NCBI GenBank assembly: GCA_049512075.1 | Contig: JBEKXL010000011.1 | Span: forward strand, 1 to 64,000 | DNA length: 64,000 bases | Direction of reading: 5' to 3' | Source: Candidatus Bathyarchaeia archaeon | GTDB lineage: Archaea > Thermoproteota > Bathyarchaeia > Bathyarchaeales > Bathycorpusculaceae | In this document: positions 31,444 through 41,987 of the stretch, piece after piece | Numbering within the stretch: the stretch's first letter is position 1 | How the letters are laid out: each line of letters opens with the position of its first letter | Translations under genes and position numbers: made by a program | The notes under the pieces: model-generated | Databases searched by the model: none | Seen by the model: only the letters and a program-made list of their open reading frames with translations | What the model was told of the DNA's origin: nothing

Positions 31444-32085
31444 ATGGCAAGCAACAGTGATGTAATGAACAGGCTAGCGTTGAGAGGAACCACAACAATC
31501 GGCGCAGTCTGCAAGGACGGCGTAATATTGGCGTCAGACACGCGGGTAACCATGGGTTTCTACGTGGCCCACAAACACGGGAAAAAAGTGTATCAGATAG
31601 ACGACCACTTGGCCATGACTATTGCTGGAAGCGTCGCCGATGCTCAAAAGGCTGTCGACATACTCACAGCTAACGCGCACCTTTACCGCGTGAACTTGGG
31701 AAGGCCTTTGCCCGTGAACTCTGCCGCTAGGTTCTTGTCAAACCTGCTGTTTTCAGCCAGATACGTGCCCCTCTTGGCCCAGGTTCTCGTGGGCGGCGTG
31801 GATGACACCGGGCCGCACGTGTTCTCGATAGATCCCTTCGGCAGTCTGACGGAGGAAAAATATGTTTCCACGGGTTCAGGATCTCCGGTGGCTTATGGCA
31901 TACTGGAGGACAAGTTCCGGGAGGACGCGACCGTGAAGGAAATGTTGCCCGTAATCGCGAAGGCCGTTAATGCTTCCATGAAGCGCGACGCGGCGAGCGG
32001 AGACAGTTTCAACGTCGCCGTGATAGATGAGAAGGGCTACAGGGATTTGACTGACAAGGAGAAGAAACAGCTTCTAGCCGATTGA
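31444..32085 (+). CDS. psmB: Proteasome beta subunit
   Basis: Propeptide then G-TTTIG, ASDTR, AGSVADAQ, TGSGSPVAYG, RDAASG. Confidence 0.96.
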   Translation: MASNSDVMNRLALRGTTTIGAVCKDGVILASDTRVTMGFYVAHKHGKKVYQIDDHLAMTIAGSVADAQKAVDILTANAHLYRVNLGRPLPVNSAARFLSNLLFSARYVPLLAQVLVGGVDDTGPHVFSIDPFGSLTEEKYVSTGSGSPVAYGILEDKFREDATVKEMLPVIAKAVNASMKRDAASGDSFNVAVIDEKGYRDLTDKEKKQLLAD

Positions 32086-32098
32086 GGAAGTTAAAAGG

Positions 32099-34015
32099 GT
32101 GCAGGACTCGGGTAGGGAAAAGATAGAAATCAGTCAGTACATTCTGGGGCATGTTCCGAAAGAGGCTGAAGTGACGAGGATAGAGTATGAAGGCTCAACG
32201 CTTGCTGTTTATACCAAGCGGCCTGAGGTGCTCGTTGAGCAGAGCAGTGTCATCGCCAACATAGTTAATGTGATAAGGAAACGGATAGTCATCCGCTCTG
32301 ATCCTTCTGTGAGGCTCCAGGAGGCTGAGGCTGAAAGAATCGCGAAGGACATAATCTCGCCTGAGGCAGAGGTTACGGACATAAACTTTGACCCCAGCTT
32401 GGGCGAGATAATAATCGACGCCAAGAAGCCTGGGCTTGTGATAGGGAAGAACGGGACGGTTCTGCAGGAGATAATCAGGCGGACTAAGTGGCGGCCCCAC
32501 GTGTTGAGAAGCCCACCTTTAAAGTCTAAAATCATTACTCACATGCGTCACTATCTACACTCTGAGAGCAAGGAGAGAGAGCGGATTCTGCGAACCGTCG
32601 GGGAAAGGATTTTCAGGCCTAAGGCTTTTGAGGTTGGAGACGTCAGGATCACGGCGCTTGGCGGTTTTCAGGAGGTTGGAAGGTCCGCGATGCTTGTCCA
32701 GACCCGCGAAAGCAGTGTGCTACTGGACTGTGGCATAAACCCAGGTTCGACAAGACCGTTTGAGGCTTTTCCGAGACTTGACAACCCCGCGTTTGAGATG
32801 GAGTCCTTGGACGCGGTTGTCGTTAGCCATGCTCACCTGGACCACTGTGGGCTTATACCGTTTTTGTACAAGTATGGTTATGACGGTCCGATTTACTGTA
32901 CGGCGCCCACTTCAAACCTGATGACGTTGCTTCAGCTAGACTATTTGGACGTAGCGGGCAAGCAGGGTGTGACACCTTACTATGATCAGAAAGACGTGCG
33001 TGAATCTGTGTTGCACACGATGCCCCTGCGTTTTGGCGTCGTCACGGACATCGCTCCAGATGTCAGGTTAACCCTGCACAACGCTGGTCACATCTTGGGT
33101 TCTGCCATGGTTCACCTGCACGTGGGCGAGGGCCTACACAACATCGTTTACACGGGTGATTACAAGTTTTCTCGGACGATGCTTCTGGAGGGGGCGACTA
33201 CCGAGTTTCCGAGGGTTGAGACGGTGATTACCGAGAGCACGTACGGCGGTCCGGATGACATTATGCCTTCCCGGATTGAAGCTGAGGAGAGGTTGGCGGC
33301 TATCGTGAACCAGACTTTGGAGCGCAAGGGCAAGGTTTTGATTCCGGTGCCGGCTGTGGGCAGGGCGCAGGAGATCATGTTAGTCCTCGACGATTACATG
33401 CGGCGCGGAGTCATGAAGGAGGCTCCAGTTTTCATCGAGGGAATGATTTCCGAGGCAACGGCGATTCACACGGCTTACCCAGAGTACTTGGGCAGAGAGG
33501 TTCGCAACAGCATACTTCACGACGGTGTTAACCCTTTTCAGTCGGATTACTTCACGATTGTGGAGCATCCGAGCGTAAGGCAGGAGATAATCGAGGGCGA
33601 GCCGTGTATAATAATGGCCACATCCGGAATGCTTGAGGGCGGACCTGTAATAGAATACTTCAAAAGCTTGGCGGACAACCCTGACAACTCGATAGTTTTT
33701 GTGAGCTATCAGATTGAGGGCACGATGGGGAGAAGAGTGCAGAAGGGCTTGAACGAAGTGGCCGTGATGACTCCGGAGGGCAAGATGGACGTTGCCAAGG
33801 TCAGACTGCGCACGGAGTCGATTGAAGGCTTCTCAGGGCACAGCGACAGAAGGCAAATATTCAATTACGTGACACACTTGCAGCCGAAGCCTGAGAGGGT
33901 GGTCGTGTGTCATGGTGAGAGAGCCAAGTGCTTGAGCATGGCTAATTTCATCGAGAGAAGATGTGAAGTTCAGACCCTTGTTCCTGCGGTTATGGAGACC
34001 TTCAGGCTGCTGTAG
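32099..34015 (+). CDS. fttA: beta-CASP ribonuclease aCPSF1 / transcription termination factor FttA
   Basis: N-terminal KH domains (KPGLVIGKNG), SHAHLDH, AGHILGS, GFSGHSD. Confidence 0.96.
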   Translation: MQDSGREKIEISQYILGHVPKEAEVTRIEYEGSTLAVYTKRPEVLVEQSSVIANIVNVIRKRIVIRSDPSVRLQEAEAERIAKDIISPEAEVTDINFDPSLGEIIIDAKKPGLVIGKNGTVLQEIIRRTKWRPHVLRSPPLKSKIITHMRHYLHSESKERERILRTVGERIFRPKAFEVGDVRITALGGFQEVGRSAMLVQTRESSVLLDCGINPGSTRPFEAFPRLDNPAFEMESLDAVVVSHAHLDHCGLIPFLYKYGYDGPIYCTAPTSNLMTLLQLDYLDVAGKQGVTPYYDQKDVRESVLHTMPLRFGVVTDIAPDVRLTLHNAGHILGSAMVHLHVGEGLHNIVYTGDYKFSRTMLLEGATTEFPRVETVITESTYGGPDDIMPSRIEAEERLAAIVNQTLERKGKVLIPVPAVGRAQEIMLVLDDYMRRGVMKEAPVFIEGMISEATAIHTAYPEYLGREVRNSILHDGVNPFQSDYFTIVEHPSVRQEIIEGEPCIIMATSGMLEGGPVIEYFKSLADNPDNSIVFVSYQIEGTMGRRVQKGLNEVAVMTPEGKMDVAKVRLRTESIEGFSGHSDRRQIFNYVTHLQPKPERVVVCHGERAKCLSMANFIERRCEVQTLVPAVMETFRLL

Positions 34016-34361
34016 GTATGGGCTCGTTGGAGACAGATGCTTTTTCTCGCCAGATCTTCACGTTTGGAGGGCAGATTACTACACGTTCCTCGCCCAGCCT
34101 TGCGATGTCTCCTCCGACGGATTCGGCGAACTCGCTTAACTCGTTGACGGCGCGTTTAACGTCGTCGATGCTCTTGTTCGCGAGGGGGGTTATCCTCAGA
34201 ATGAGAATGTTTCCGGACTTCACCTCGGCCTTCACCGAGTCGATGTCCGACAGTTCACGGAGGGGCATGGCTTTCAAGTAGGCTTTGCCAGAACCGTCCT
34301 TGGCGTCAGCTTCCTTCTCGTCCTTTTTGGACTTTCGGAGCAATCCACCCAATCCTGGCAA
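34002..34361 (-). CDS. sepF: Cell division protein SepF
   Basis: VKSGNILILRITPL...VGGDIARLGEERVVICPPNVKI. Confidence 0.9.
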   Translation of the reverse strand: MPGLGGLLRKSKKDEKEADAKDGSGKAYLKAMPLRELSDIDSVKAEVKSGNILILRITPLANKSIDDVKRAVNELSEFAESVGGDIARLGEERVVICPPNVKIWREKASVSNEPIPTAA

Positions 34362-34799
34362 ACTTCTCCTCTCTTAAGCTTTATTCGGGGTTCAAGAGTT
34401 TAAGCATTTCCCAAGACTAACGTGTGAAATGTTATGCGAATTGACTATTAAAGTGTTCTAGAATTCCGCGTTTGCACATATAAATGTTGCACGTTTCCAA
34501 CCAACGATGAGGAAAGGGAATTGTGTACCGTATGCATAGTTCATTGTCGTCCGTTTTGACAAATGGAAAGCCTATGTTTGTCGTAGAGAGTTCAGGGTTT
34601 TGAGCCCAGATTCGTGATTTTTCGATGTTAAAACGGTCAAGTACGTGTCCTATGTCGAGGGAACAGAGTTGCTGGGATCCCCTTGGAGCGGAGGATGTTA
34701 AGATCAACTATGTTTGGCGGGGGTTCGACAACACAGTTAGTAGCAAGAATGAGCTTTCGCGGGAATGATTCTGCCATGGTTCGTCACGCGCGTTATTGT

Positions 34800-35309
34800 T
34801 CAGGTTGCCGTGGTGAGTTGTTTCAGTTGGTTCCAAGTTCTGTCTCCGACGTAGTGTATGTTTTTGATGACGATGCCTTGTTTGATGTTTTTTGCCTGTT
34901 CTATGTCGTAAAGTGTTTCTCCGAGCGCGATTGGCTTTCCGTGTTTCTCGTCTATTGCGATGACGAGGTCGCCTTTTTGGAATTCGCCGCTGAACCCTCT
35001 TATTCCGGGTGCCATTATGTTTGCTCCTTTGCATACGTAGGGGACTGCCCCCATGTCGACGGTGACTCTGGGAGCATGGTCGATGAATTCCTTGAACGTC
35101 AGTGTCGGGTAGAGGTCTTCTTCGGTTTGGGCCAGGGCTGGTTTTCCGTTTATGAGGAAGAGTTCGATGGATTCTGTTTTGATTACTTCAACGTTGGCTT
35201 TGTCCTTCAGGATTTGTCCTAAGTCGATTCTGAGTCTTCTTGAAGCTTTGTCCAGAAGCTCCTTAGATTCTCTTGCTTTCAAGAAGTATCGTCTGTGTTT
35301 TTCAGACAT
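34800..35309 (-). CDS. PUA-domain RNA-binding protein (DUF1947/MCT-1-like)
   Basis: YPTL, VDMGAVPYVCKGANIMAPGI, NIHYVGD. Confidence 0.93.
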   Translation of the reverse strand: MSEKHRRYFLKARESKELLDKASRRLRIDLGQILKDKANVEVIKTESIELFLINGKPALAQTEEDLYPTLTFKEFIDHAPRVTVDMGAVPYVCKGANIMAPGIRGFSGEFQKGDLVIAIDEKHGKPIALGETLYDIEQAKNIKQGIVIKNIHYVGDRTWNQLKQLTTAT

Positions 35310-35388
35310 TCTGCTTCTCTCTTAGATAAGGTTTAAATGTATAGGTTTAGGTATAAAAGGCATGACATCATGGGTTTGAGGGTTCAAA

Positions 35389-35616
35389 ATGAGCGAAATG
35401 ACGACTGAGATACTTGAGCAGAACTTGGGAAAAATCGTGCTCGTAAGACTGAAAGGCGGAAAAAACCTACGTGGAAAACTCAAAGGGTTCGATCAACATT
35501 TGAACCTTGTTCTGGAAGAGACGGAAGATACCACGACCTCTGAGAACATTAGGAAACTGGGGCAGATAATCGTCCGAGGAGACAACGTGGTTCTCATTTC
35601 ACCGCCGCCAAGGTGA
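35389..35616 (+). CDS. Sm-like (LSm) protein
   Basis: [16 protein letters not shown]...[13 protein letters not shown]. Confidence 0.96.
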   Translation: MSEMTTEILEQNLGKIVLVRLKGGKNLRGKLKGFDQHLNLVLEETEDTTTSENIRKLGQIIVRGDNVVLISPPPR

Positions 35617-35810
35617 CACCGTTGGGAAAGGGAACACCCTCCTTCGGCAAACGCCAAGGCAAAACGGTTCACATAAAATGCAGGCGATGCGGAAGAAGAT
35701 CGTACAACGTGACCAAAATGCGATGCGCAGCCTGCGGCTACGGAGCAACACCAATTCTCAAAACCTATTCTTGGAGAACCAAAACCATCAACAGAGAAAG
35801 AACGCGTTAA
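35613..35810 (+). CDS. rpl37e: 50S ribosomal protein L37e
   Basis: KGTPSFGKR...[12 protein letters not shown]...CAACGYG; canonical Sm-L37e linkage. Confidence 0.96.
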   Translation: MTPLGKGTPSFGKRQGKTVHIKCRRCGRRSYNVTKMRCAACGYGATPILKTYSWRTKTINRERTR

Positions 35811-35977
35811 TGCGTTGCCAAGGCTGTAATGATGATTCTTAAGTAGCACTTTCGAACGGTGCTTTCCAGGGACGCGTTAAGAACCTTTCAATCAATTTCT
35901 TGAGAAGAAAACGTTAAAAAAGTGAAGCAATGATACAATAGCTATTCATAGGTCGCAGGGATTAAGAAGAAAAGAAA

Positions 35978-38900
35978 ATGAAGAAAAGAATAGCTGTTAC
36001 ATGCTTGCTGGCTCTGTTCATTTTCGCTGCCTTAATGTACTTTGCAACTGTAGTACCTTTTTCCACATATAATAACCTGGTGCATGCCCAAGGTCCGTGG
36101 ACCTTAACCGTTAATTCTGCTCATGATAGTCCGACAGGCGGTGGGACGTACAATGATAATGATCCTGCTACTTCTAGTGTTTCTAGTCCTGTTGTTGAGG
36201 GTGGGCATTCTTACACTTGTACTGGGTGGTCTGGCACTGGTGATTTTGCGTCTGGTGGATCTGGTACTACTGCTGGCCCCTTTGCGATGACTCAGGGTTC
36301 GAGTATTACTTGGAATTGGGAGCTTACCCCGTGGACCTTAACCGTTAATTCTGCTCATGATAGTCCGAGTCCGAGTGTTGGGCCTCACACGTACAATGAT
36401 GGTGACCCTGTTACTTGCAGTGTTACGAGTCCTGTCACTGAGGGCAGTACTGTTTGGACTTGTACTGGTTGGACGGGTACTGGTTCTGTTCCGTCGACTG
36501 GTTCTGGTTCCTCAACGGGCAGTTTCACAATAACTCAAGACTCAACCATTACTTGGAGTTGGCAGGGTGCGCCTGTTCAGTGGACGTTGACTGTTTCTTC
36601 TGCTAATGATAGTCCGAGTCCGAGTGTTGGGCCTCACACGTACAATGATGGTGATTCGGTTACCTGTACTGTTTCTAGTCCTGTTGTTGAGGGTGGGCAT
36701 TCTTACACTTGTACTGGGTGGTCTGGCACTGGTGATTTTGCGTCTGGTGGATCTGGTACTACTGCTGGCCCCTTTGCGATGACTCAGGGTTCGAGTATTA
36801 CTTGGAATTGGGAGCTTACCCCGTGGACCTTAACCGTTAATTCTGCTCATGATAGTCCGAGTCCGAGTGTTGGGCCTCACACGTACAATGATGGTGACCC
36901 TGTTACTTGCAGTGTTACCAGCCCAGTGACTGAGGGCAGTTCAATTTGGACGTGCACCGGCTGGTCGGGTTATGGTTCTGTTGCATCAAGCGGTACTGGC
37001 ACTTCGGTATCGTTTAGTATAGCTCAGAACTCAGGTATAACTTGGACTTGGCAGGTTTTCAATCATACGTTGACTGTTTCTTCGCCTCATGATAGTCCAA
37101 ACCCAAGCAACGGTCCGCACACGTACAGTGATGGTTCTTTGGTTACTTGTAGTGTTACGAGTCCTGTGACTGAAGGCAGTATTGTCTGGACTTGTACTGG
37201 TTGGACGGGTACTGGTTCTGTTCCGTCGACTGGTTCTGGTTCTTCAACGAGTTTCACTATGGCTCAGGATTCATCTGTCACTTGGAATTGGCATGGTGCA
37301 CTTGTTCAGCGTACGTTGACGGTTTATTCTGCTCATGGAAGTCCGACTCCTAGTGTTGGCAGTCACCTTTATGACGATGGTTCTTCTGTTACATGCAGTG
37401 TTTCCAGCCCTGTGACTGAAGGCAGTACTGTTTGGACGTGCATTGGCTGGAATGGTACTGGTTCTGTTCCACCAAGCGGCAGTAGTACCACAGTATCGTT
37501 TACTATAACTCAGGATTCAAGCATAACTTGGAACTGGCAAGGGGGTGCTGCTCAGCATACGTTGACTGTTTCTTCTGCTCATGACAGTCCCAATCCAGGC
37601 AATGGTCCGCATGTGTACAGTGATGGTTCCTATGTTACCTGCAACGTCACGAGTCCTGTGACTGAGGGCAGTATTGTTTGGACTTGTACTGGTTGGACGG
37701 GTTCTGGTTCTGTTCCGTCTAGTGGTTCTGGTTCTTCTGTGTCTTTTGCGATAGGTCAGGATTCGTCTATTACTTGGAATTGGCAGGGTTCACTTGTTCA
37801 GCATTCGTTGACTGTTTCTTCACTTCATGATAGTCCAAACCCAAGCAACGGTCCGCACACGTACAGTGATGGTTCTTCAGTTACTTGTAGTGTTACGAGT
37901 CCTGTGACTGAGAGTGGTACTGTTTGGACTTGTACTGGTTGGACGGGTTCTGGTTCTGTTCCGTCTAGTGGTTCTGGTTCTTCTGTGTCTTTTGCGATAG
38001 GTCAGGATTCGTCTATTACTTGGAATTGGCATGGCAACGCTCCTCAGCACAATCTGACCGTTACATCCGTCCATGGAACTCCCAGCCCGGCTGTTGGCAA
38101 ACACCCCTATGACCAAGGTGACAATGTTACTTGCAGCGTCACTAGCCCCGTGACTGAAAACAGTGTTACGTATTTTTGTACGGGTTGGTCTGGTTCTGGT
38201 TCTGTCCCACCTACAGGCTCCGGCACTTCTGTGACCTTTACGATACTTCAGGATTCATCTATAACATGGAATTGGAAGGTCGAATGGAAGTTGACTGTTG
38301 CATCTGCTCACGGTAGTCCGAGTCCGGCTGTTGGCGATCACTTCTACAATGACAAGGCTTCGGTTACCTGCAATGTTTCCAGTCCCGTGATCGAGGCAGG
38401 TCTTTCCTACACTTGCACCGGCTTGTTGGGCACAGGTTCCGTTCCGTCTAACGGCAGCGGTATATCTGTGACGTTCTCGATAACTCAAAACTCGACCATA
38501 ACTTGGAACTGGGTTGTGACTCCATCTGTTCACTGGAACTTGACCGTTGTTTCTGCTCACGGAAATCCTGACCCGGCTGTTGGTGATCATCTGTACAATG
38601 ATGGGGCTTCAGTTCCTTGCAATGTTACCAGTCCTGTGGTTGAGGCTGGCGTGTCTTACACTTGCATCGGTTGGACGGGTTCTGGTTTTGTTCCATCCAG
38701 TGGTAGCGACACTTCTGTGACGTTTACGATAACAGAGAACTCGAGCATAACTTGGAACTGGGCTGTTTCTTCGAATGTTCGGAACTTGGCTGTCACATCA
38801 GCTCACGGCAGTCCGAGTCCGAGTGTCGGCGATCATCCATACACCGACGGCAGTCCGCTTACTTGTAGTGTTACGAGTCCAGTTACTGAGGCAGGTCAGG

Positions 38901-39712
38901 TTTGGAATTGTACCGGCTGGGTTGGCACCGGCTCCGTCCCGTCTAGTGGCAGTGGCACTTCTACGAATTTCACAATAACTGAGAACTCGACTATAACTTG
39001 GAACTGGATTGTGACTGCAACTGTTCAGTGGACGTTGACTGTTTTATCCGCCCACGGCAGTCCAAATCCGGCTCTTGGCGATCACCTATACAATGATAGT
39101 TCCTCCGTTATTTGCAGCGTTTCTAGCCCTGTGGTCGAGGCAGGTGTTTCCTACACCTGCACGGGCTGGACGGGCACAGGGTCTGTCCCGTCTAGTGGCA
39201 GTGGCACTTCTACGAATTTCACAATAACTGAGAACTCGACCATAACTTGGAACTGGCAAGTTCAGGCAGCGCCGACCATCGAAAGTTGTGACAATACAGG
39301 TGTGCAGAAAAATGTTTTCACCTCGGACGAAACGGTCTATGTCAACGGAGCGGGCTATCCGAAAAATCAGACATTCAACATTTACGTCGTTAATGAGACA
39401 ACATGGGTTGACGGCATGGCCCTCCCTGAAAGAGTTCCAGGCACCGCGACTTCAGTGTCCTCAGACTCTTCAGGAAACATCAACACGACCATAGTATGGA
39501 ACGAGCCTTTGACGTCCGGAAACTACGATATTTTAATCGACGTCAATGGCAACGGCAAGTATGATGCCCAAGTTGACGCTTCTTACAGCATCCAGATAGT
39601 GACCGCAGCAGAATCCTTTCTGATCCCCGAATATGTCTTCGGAACCATCCTAGGCTTGGTAGGTTGCTTCGCAGCCCTAGGCGCGTTCCGAATATACAAA
39701 CGCAAACGCTGA
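35978..39712 (+). CDS. Large cell-surface protein with 13 tandem ~82-aa beta repeats and a PEF-like (PEY) C-terminal anchor
   Basis: Signal peptide; repeat consensus LTVxSAHxSPxP...Y.DG..VTCxVxSPV.E....TCTGWxGxGSVP...ITWNW; IPEYVFG-TM-KRKR. Confidence 0.92.
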   Translation: MKKRIAVTCLLALFIFAALMYFATVVPFSTYNNLVHAQGPWTLTVNSAHDSPTGGGTYNDNDPATSSVSSPVVEGGHSYTCTGWSGTGDFASGGSGTTAGPFAMTQGSSITWNWELTPWTLTVNSAHDSPSPSVGPHTYNDGDPVTCSVTSPVTEGSTVWTCTGWTGTGSVPSTGSGSSTGSFTITQDSTITWSWQGAPVQWTLTVSSANDSPSPSVGPHTYNDGDSVTCTVSSPVVEGGHSYTCTGWSGTGDFASGGSGTTAGPFAMTQGSSITWNWELTPWTLTVNSAHDSPSPSVGPHTYNDGDPVTCSVTSPVTEGSSIWTCTGWSGYGSVASSGTGTSVSFSIAQNSGITWTWQVFNHTLTVSSPHDSPNPSNGPHTYSDGSLVTCSVTSPVTEGSIVWTCTGWTGTGSVPSTGSGSSTSFTMAQDSSVTWNWHGALVQRTLTVYSAHGSPTPSVGSHLYDDGSSVTCSVSSPVTEGSTVWTCIGWNGTGSVPPSGSSTTVSFTITQDSSITWNWQGGAAQHTLTVSSAHDSPNPGNGPHVYSDGSYVTCNVTSPVTEGSIVWTCTGWTGSGSVPSSGSGSSVSFAIGQDSSITWNWQGSLVQHSLTVSSLHDSPNPSNGPHTYSDGSSVTCSVTSPVTESGTVWTCTGWTGSGSVPSSGSGSSVSFAIGQDSSITWNWHGNAPQHNLTVTSVHGTPSPAVGKHPYDQGDNVTCSVTSPVTENSVTYFCTGWSGSGSVPPTGSGTSVTFTILQDSSITWNWKVEWKLTVASAHGSPSPAVGDHFYNDKASVTCNVSSPVIEAGLSYTCTGLLGTGSVPSNGSGISVTFSITQNSTITWNWVVTPSVHWNLTVVSAHGNPDPAVGDHLYNDGASVPCNVTSPVVEAGVSYTCIGWTGSGFVPSSGSDTSVTFTITENSSITWNWAVSSNVRNLAVTSAHGSPSPSVGDHPYTDGSPLTCSVTSPVTEAGQVWNCTGWVGTGSVPSSGSGTSTNFTITENSTITWNWIVTATVQWTLTVLSAHGSPNPALGDHLYNDSSSVICSVSSPVVEAGVSYTCTGWTGTGSVPSSGSGTSTNFTITENSTITWNWQVQAAPTIESCDNTGVQKNVFTSDETVYVNGAGYPKNQTFNIYVVNETTWVDGMALPERVPGTATSVSSDSSGNINTTIVWNEPLTSGNYDILIDVNGNGKYDAQVDASYSIQIVTAAESFLIPEYVFGTILGLVGCFAALGAFRIYKRKR
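36178..36918 (+). repeat. About 249-bp identical intragenic duplication (36178-36426 = 36670-36918)
   Basis: Offset of 492 bp equals two repeat units. Confidence 0.85.
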
Positions 39713-39887
39713 TGAGGCAACCCCTCTTTTGAAACGACTCAGTTTCATTTCAATGAATAATTATGGTACATGACGTTTGGAGGTCGTAGGCGCGCGCTTC
39801 TTCGTAGGGATATCTCTATATGGCTCATTGAAGTTCTATCAACGGCAGAAAGGTTTTCAAATGTTCTAAAGGGAGCGAATCCAACAG

Positions 39888-40895
39888 ATGTCGGTTCAGA
39901 GGAAAGTTGTGGAAGCTCTGATGAAACCTGAAGCTTATGAAGAACAACCGGGTAAAATTGAAATGACCCAGACCCACATATCCTTCGTCTTTCTAACTAG
40001 TAAATTTGTGTATAAAGTGAAGAAGGCTGTGGATCTCGGATTTCTGGACTTCACGACCCTCGAAAAGCGGCAGTTCTTCTGCAAAAAAGAGCTAGAGCTC
40101 AACAAACGACTGTGCAGAGGTATGTACCTTGAGGTTGTTCCCATCAACAGATCAAACATGATCAAGATTAAGGGCGAAGGAGAAACTGTCGAATATGCTG
40201 TGAAGATGAAGAGAATGCCTCAGGAAAAGATGATGAACAAGCTACTCGAAGAGAATAAAGTGGATAATGAGCTTGTTGACAGAATAGCGAAGATTATCGC
40301 TGGATTCCATTCAAAGGCGGAAACGAACAAGAGGATAAGCGAGTTCGGCTCCTTAGTAATAATCGAAACCAATTGGAAAGAGAATTTCGAACAGACTTGG
40401 AGGTTTGTGGGCAGAACGATATCACTGAAGGATTTCAAGTTAGTTCGTGAAAGAGTCGATGATTTCATTAAGAGGACTGCGTCCTTTTTTCAGAAAAGGG
40501 CTGAGGAGGGCCGAATCAGAGATTGCCACGGGGACATCCATTCGGGCAACATCTTTGTAGCAGACAGAATTTACATTTTCGATGCGATAGAATTCAACGA
40601 AAGATTTAGGTATTCTGATGTTGCCTCGGACATCGCCTTCTTAGCCATGGACTTAGATTTCAAAGGACGAACCGACCTGTCGAACTTCCTCGTCAAGAGA
40701 TATGTCAAATATTCTGGAGACCGAGAGTTGACAAAGATTCTTCCTTTCTACAAATGCTACCGAGCTTACGTGCGAGGAAAAGTTGCCAATTTCAAACTTG
40801 AAGACCCAGATGTAAGTGGCGAGGAAAAGAAGGTAATGATGAAAGAAGCAAAAACATACTTTAAACTAGCCTCCACCTATGCGAAGACTTTTTAG
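39888..40895 (+). CDS. Aminoglycoside-phosphotransferase-like kinase (COG2187-type N-terminal half)
   Basis: QTHISFVFL, YKVKK..DLGFLDF, ELNKRL, RDCHGDIHSGNI, FDAIEFN.RFR..DVASD. Confidence 0.9.
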   Translation: MSVQRKVVEALMKPEAYEEQPGKIEMTQTHISFVFLTSKFVYKVKKAVDLGFLDFTTLEKRQFFCKKELELNKRLCRGMYLEVVPINRSNMIKIKGEGETVEYAVKMKRMPQEKMMNKLLEENKVDNELVDRIAKIIAGFHSKAETNKRISEFGSLVIIETNWKENFEQTWRFVGRTISLKDFKLVRERVDDFIKRTASFFQKRAEEGRIRDCHGDIHSGNIFVADRIYIFDAIEFNERFRYSDVASDIAFLAMDLDFKGRTDLSNFLVKRYVKYSGDRELTKILPFYKCYRAYVRGKVANFKLEDPDVSGEEKKVMMKEAKTYFKLASTYAKTF

Positions 40896-41100
40896 TCACC
40901 TGAAGAAATGCGTGCGCGAGAGCAAGCTGTTGGACTACCCCCTATACTGCCTCCACACAAGCGCGCGCTGGATGATGCATTGATGGAGCGAGACGATGGC
41001 GATCGTGCCTGTTGTGAAAAACGCCGATGTTGGCCTCGCTGTTCAAGCGCGCGCAGTCTGAAAGCGACCTGGATTGCAGGAATGGGCGCACGGAAGAAGT

Positions 41101-41973
41101 TCACTTAAAGCTGAATTGCTCAGCTACGTATTCGGGGATTTTCACCGTTCCCATGAGTATTGGCTTTTGATGGCAATCGCTTCCTCCAGTCATGATTAGT
41201 CCATGTTTTTTTGCAAACTTTACATAATGATTCGTTGTTAGAGCGTCATTTCTAGAGTGCCAACACTCTACGCCATCAATGTATCCTAGAAACGACTCTT
41301 CTACTATCTCTGTCTGTTTGCGCAGAGATTTAGTCAGGGTCACAAGTGAGGTTCCGTGAGGATCGTTAGGATGAGCCAAAACTGTTATTCCTCCAGCATT
41401 CCTCAGCAGTCTCGAAGCCTCTTCAACGTAAAGAGGATATTTTGGAACATCACATTTCACAAGATACTTATCAAAGGCTTCTTGTTTGGTTCCAACAATT
41501 CTCTTTCTCACCAAATAGTCTGCTATGTGAGGCCGCCCAAGTACTCCGTCAACCGAATCTTGAATCTCCCTCAAATCATTCTTCGTTAACTTTTCAATTC
41601 CTTCTTTTTCAAATTCTGCATTAATATTGTCCAAGATCTTTGCAGCCCTATCCTCACGGTATTGAGCGGTTTCTCGAAGTTTGTTCCTTAACTCCTTATT
41701 CTTTACGTCAAATTGATAACCTAGGAAATCCAGCGATATTGACTTGCCTTCGTTATAACTGCGGTGCGAGAAGGTTACATTCAATTCAACTCCAGCAACG
41801 TAATGGATACCATTTTTCTTTGTCAAAGCTATGGCTTTCTCTTGACAGCTGATCGAGTCATGATCTGTAATCGACATTAACCCAATGTCTCTGATTCTAG
41901 CTTCCTTAACAAGTTCTTCAATAGTCAAGTTTCCATCAGAGCTCTTCGAATGAATATGCAAATCTATTACCAT
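41101..41973 (-). CDS. PHP-domain metal-dependent phosphoesterase (TrpH/RNase AM-like)
   Basis: DLHIHSKSSDG, TDHD, GVEL, GRPHIA, LAHP, GGSDCH. Confidence 0.92.
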   Translation of the reverse strand: MVIDLHIHSKSSDGNLTIEELVKEARIRDIGLMSITDHDSISCQEKAIALTKKNGIHYVAGVELNVTFSHRSYNEGKSISLDFLGYQFDVKNKELRNKLRETAQYREDRAAKILDNINAEFEKEGIEKLTKNDLREIQDSVDGVLGRPHIADYLVRKRIVGTKQEAFDKYLVKCDVPKYPLYVEEASRLLRNAGGITVLAHPNDPHGTSLVTLTKSLRKQTEIVEESFLGYIDGVECWHSRNDALTTNHYVKFAKKHGLIMTGGSDCHQKPILMGTVKIPEYVAEQFSFK

Positions 41974-41987
41974 AAAACGGGGGCCAG

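Noticed and set aside
34385-34795. Possible ncRNA or ORF between sepF and the PUA gene
   Set aside because: No consensus boxes or stable fold identifiable by eye
35978-39712. Diversity-generating retroelement TR/VR pair
   Set aside because: Repeats are in-frame domain duplications, no adenine-specific mismatch pattern was noticed, and no reverse transcriptase is present in the window
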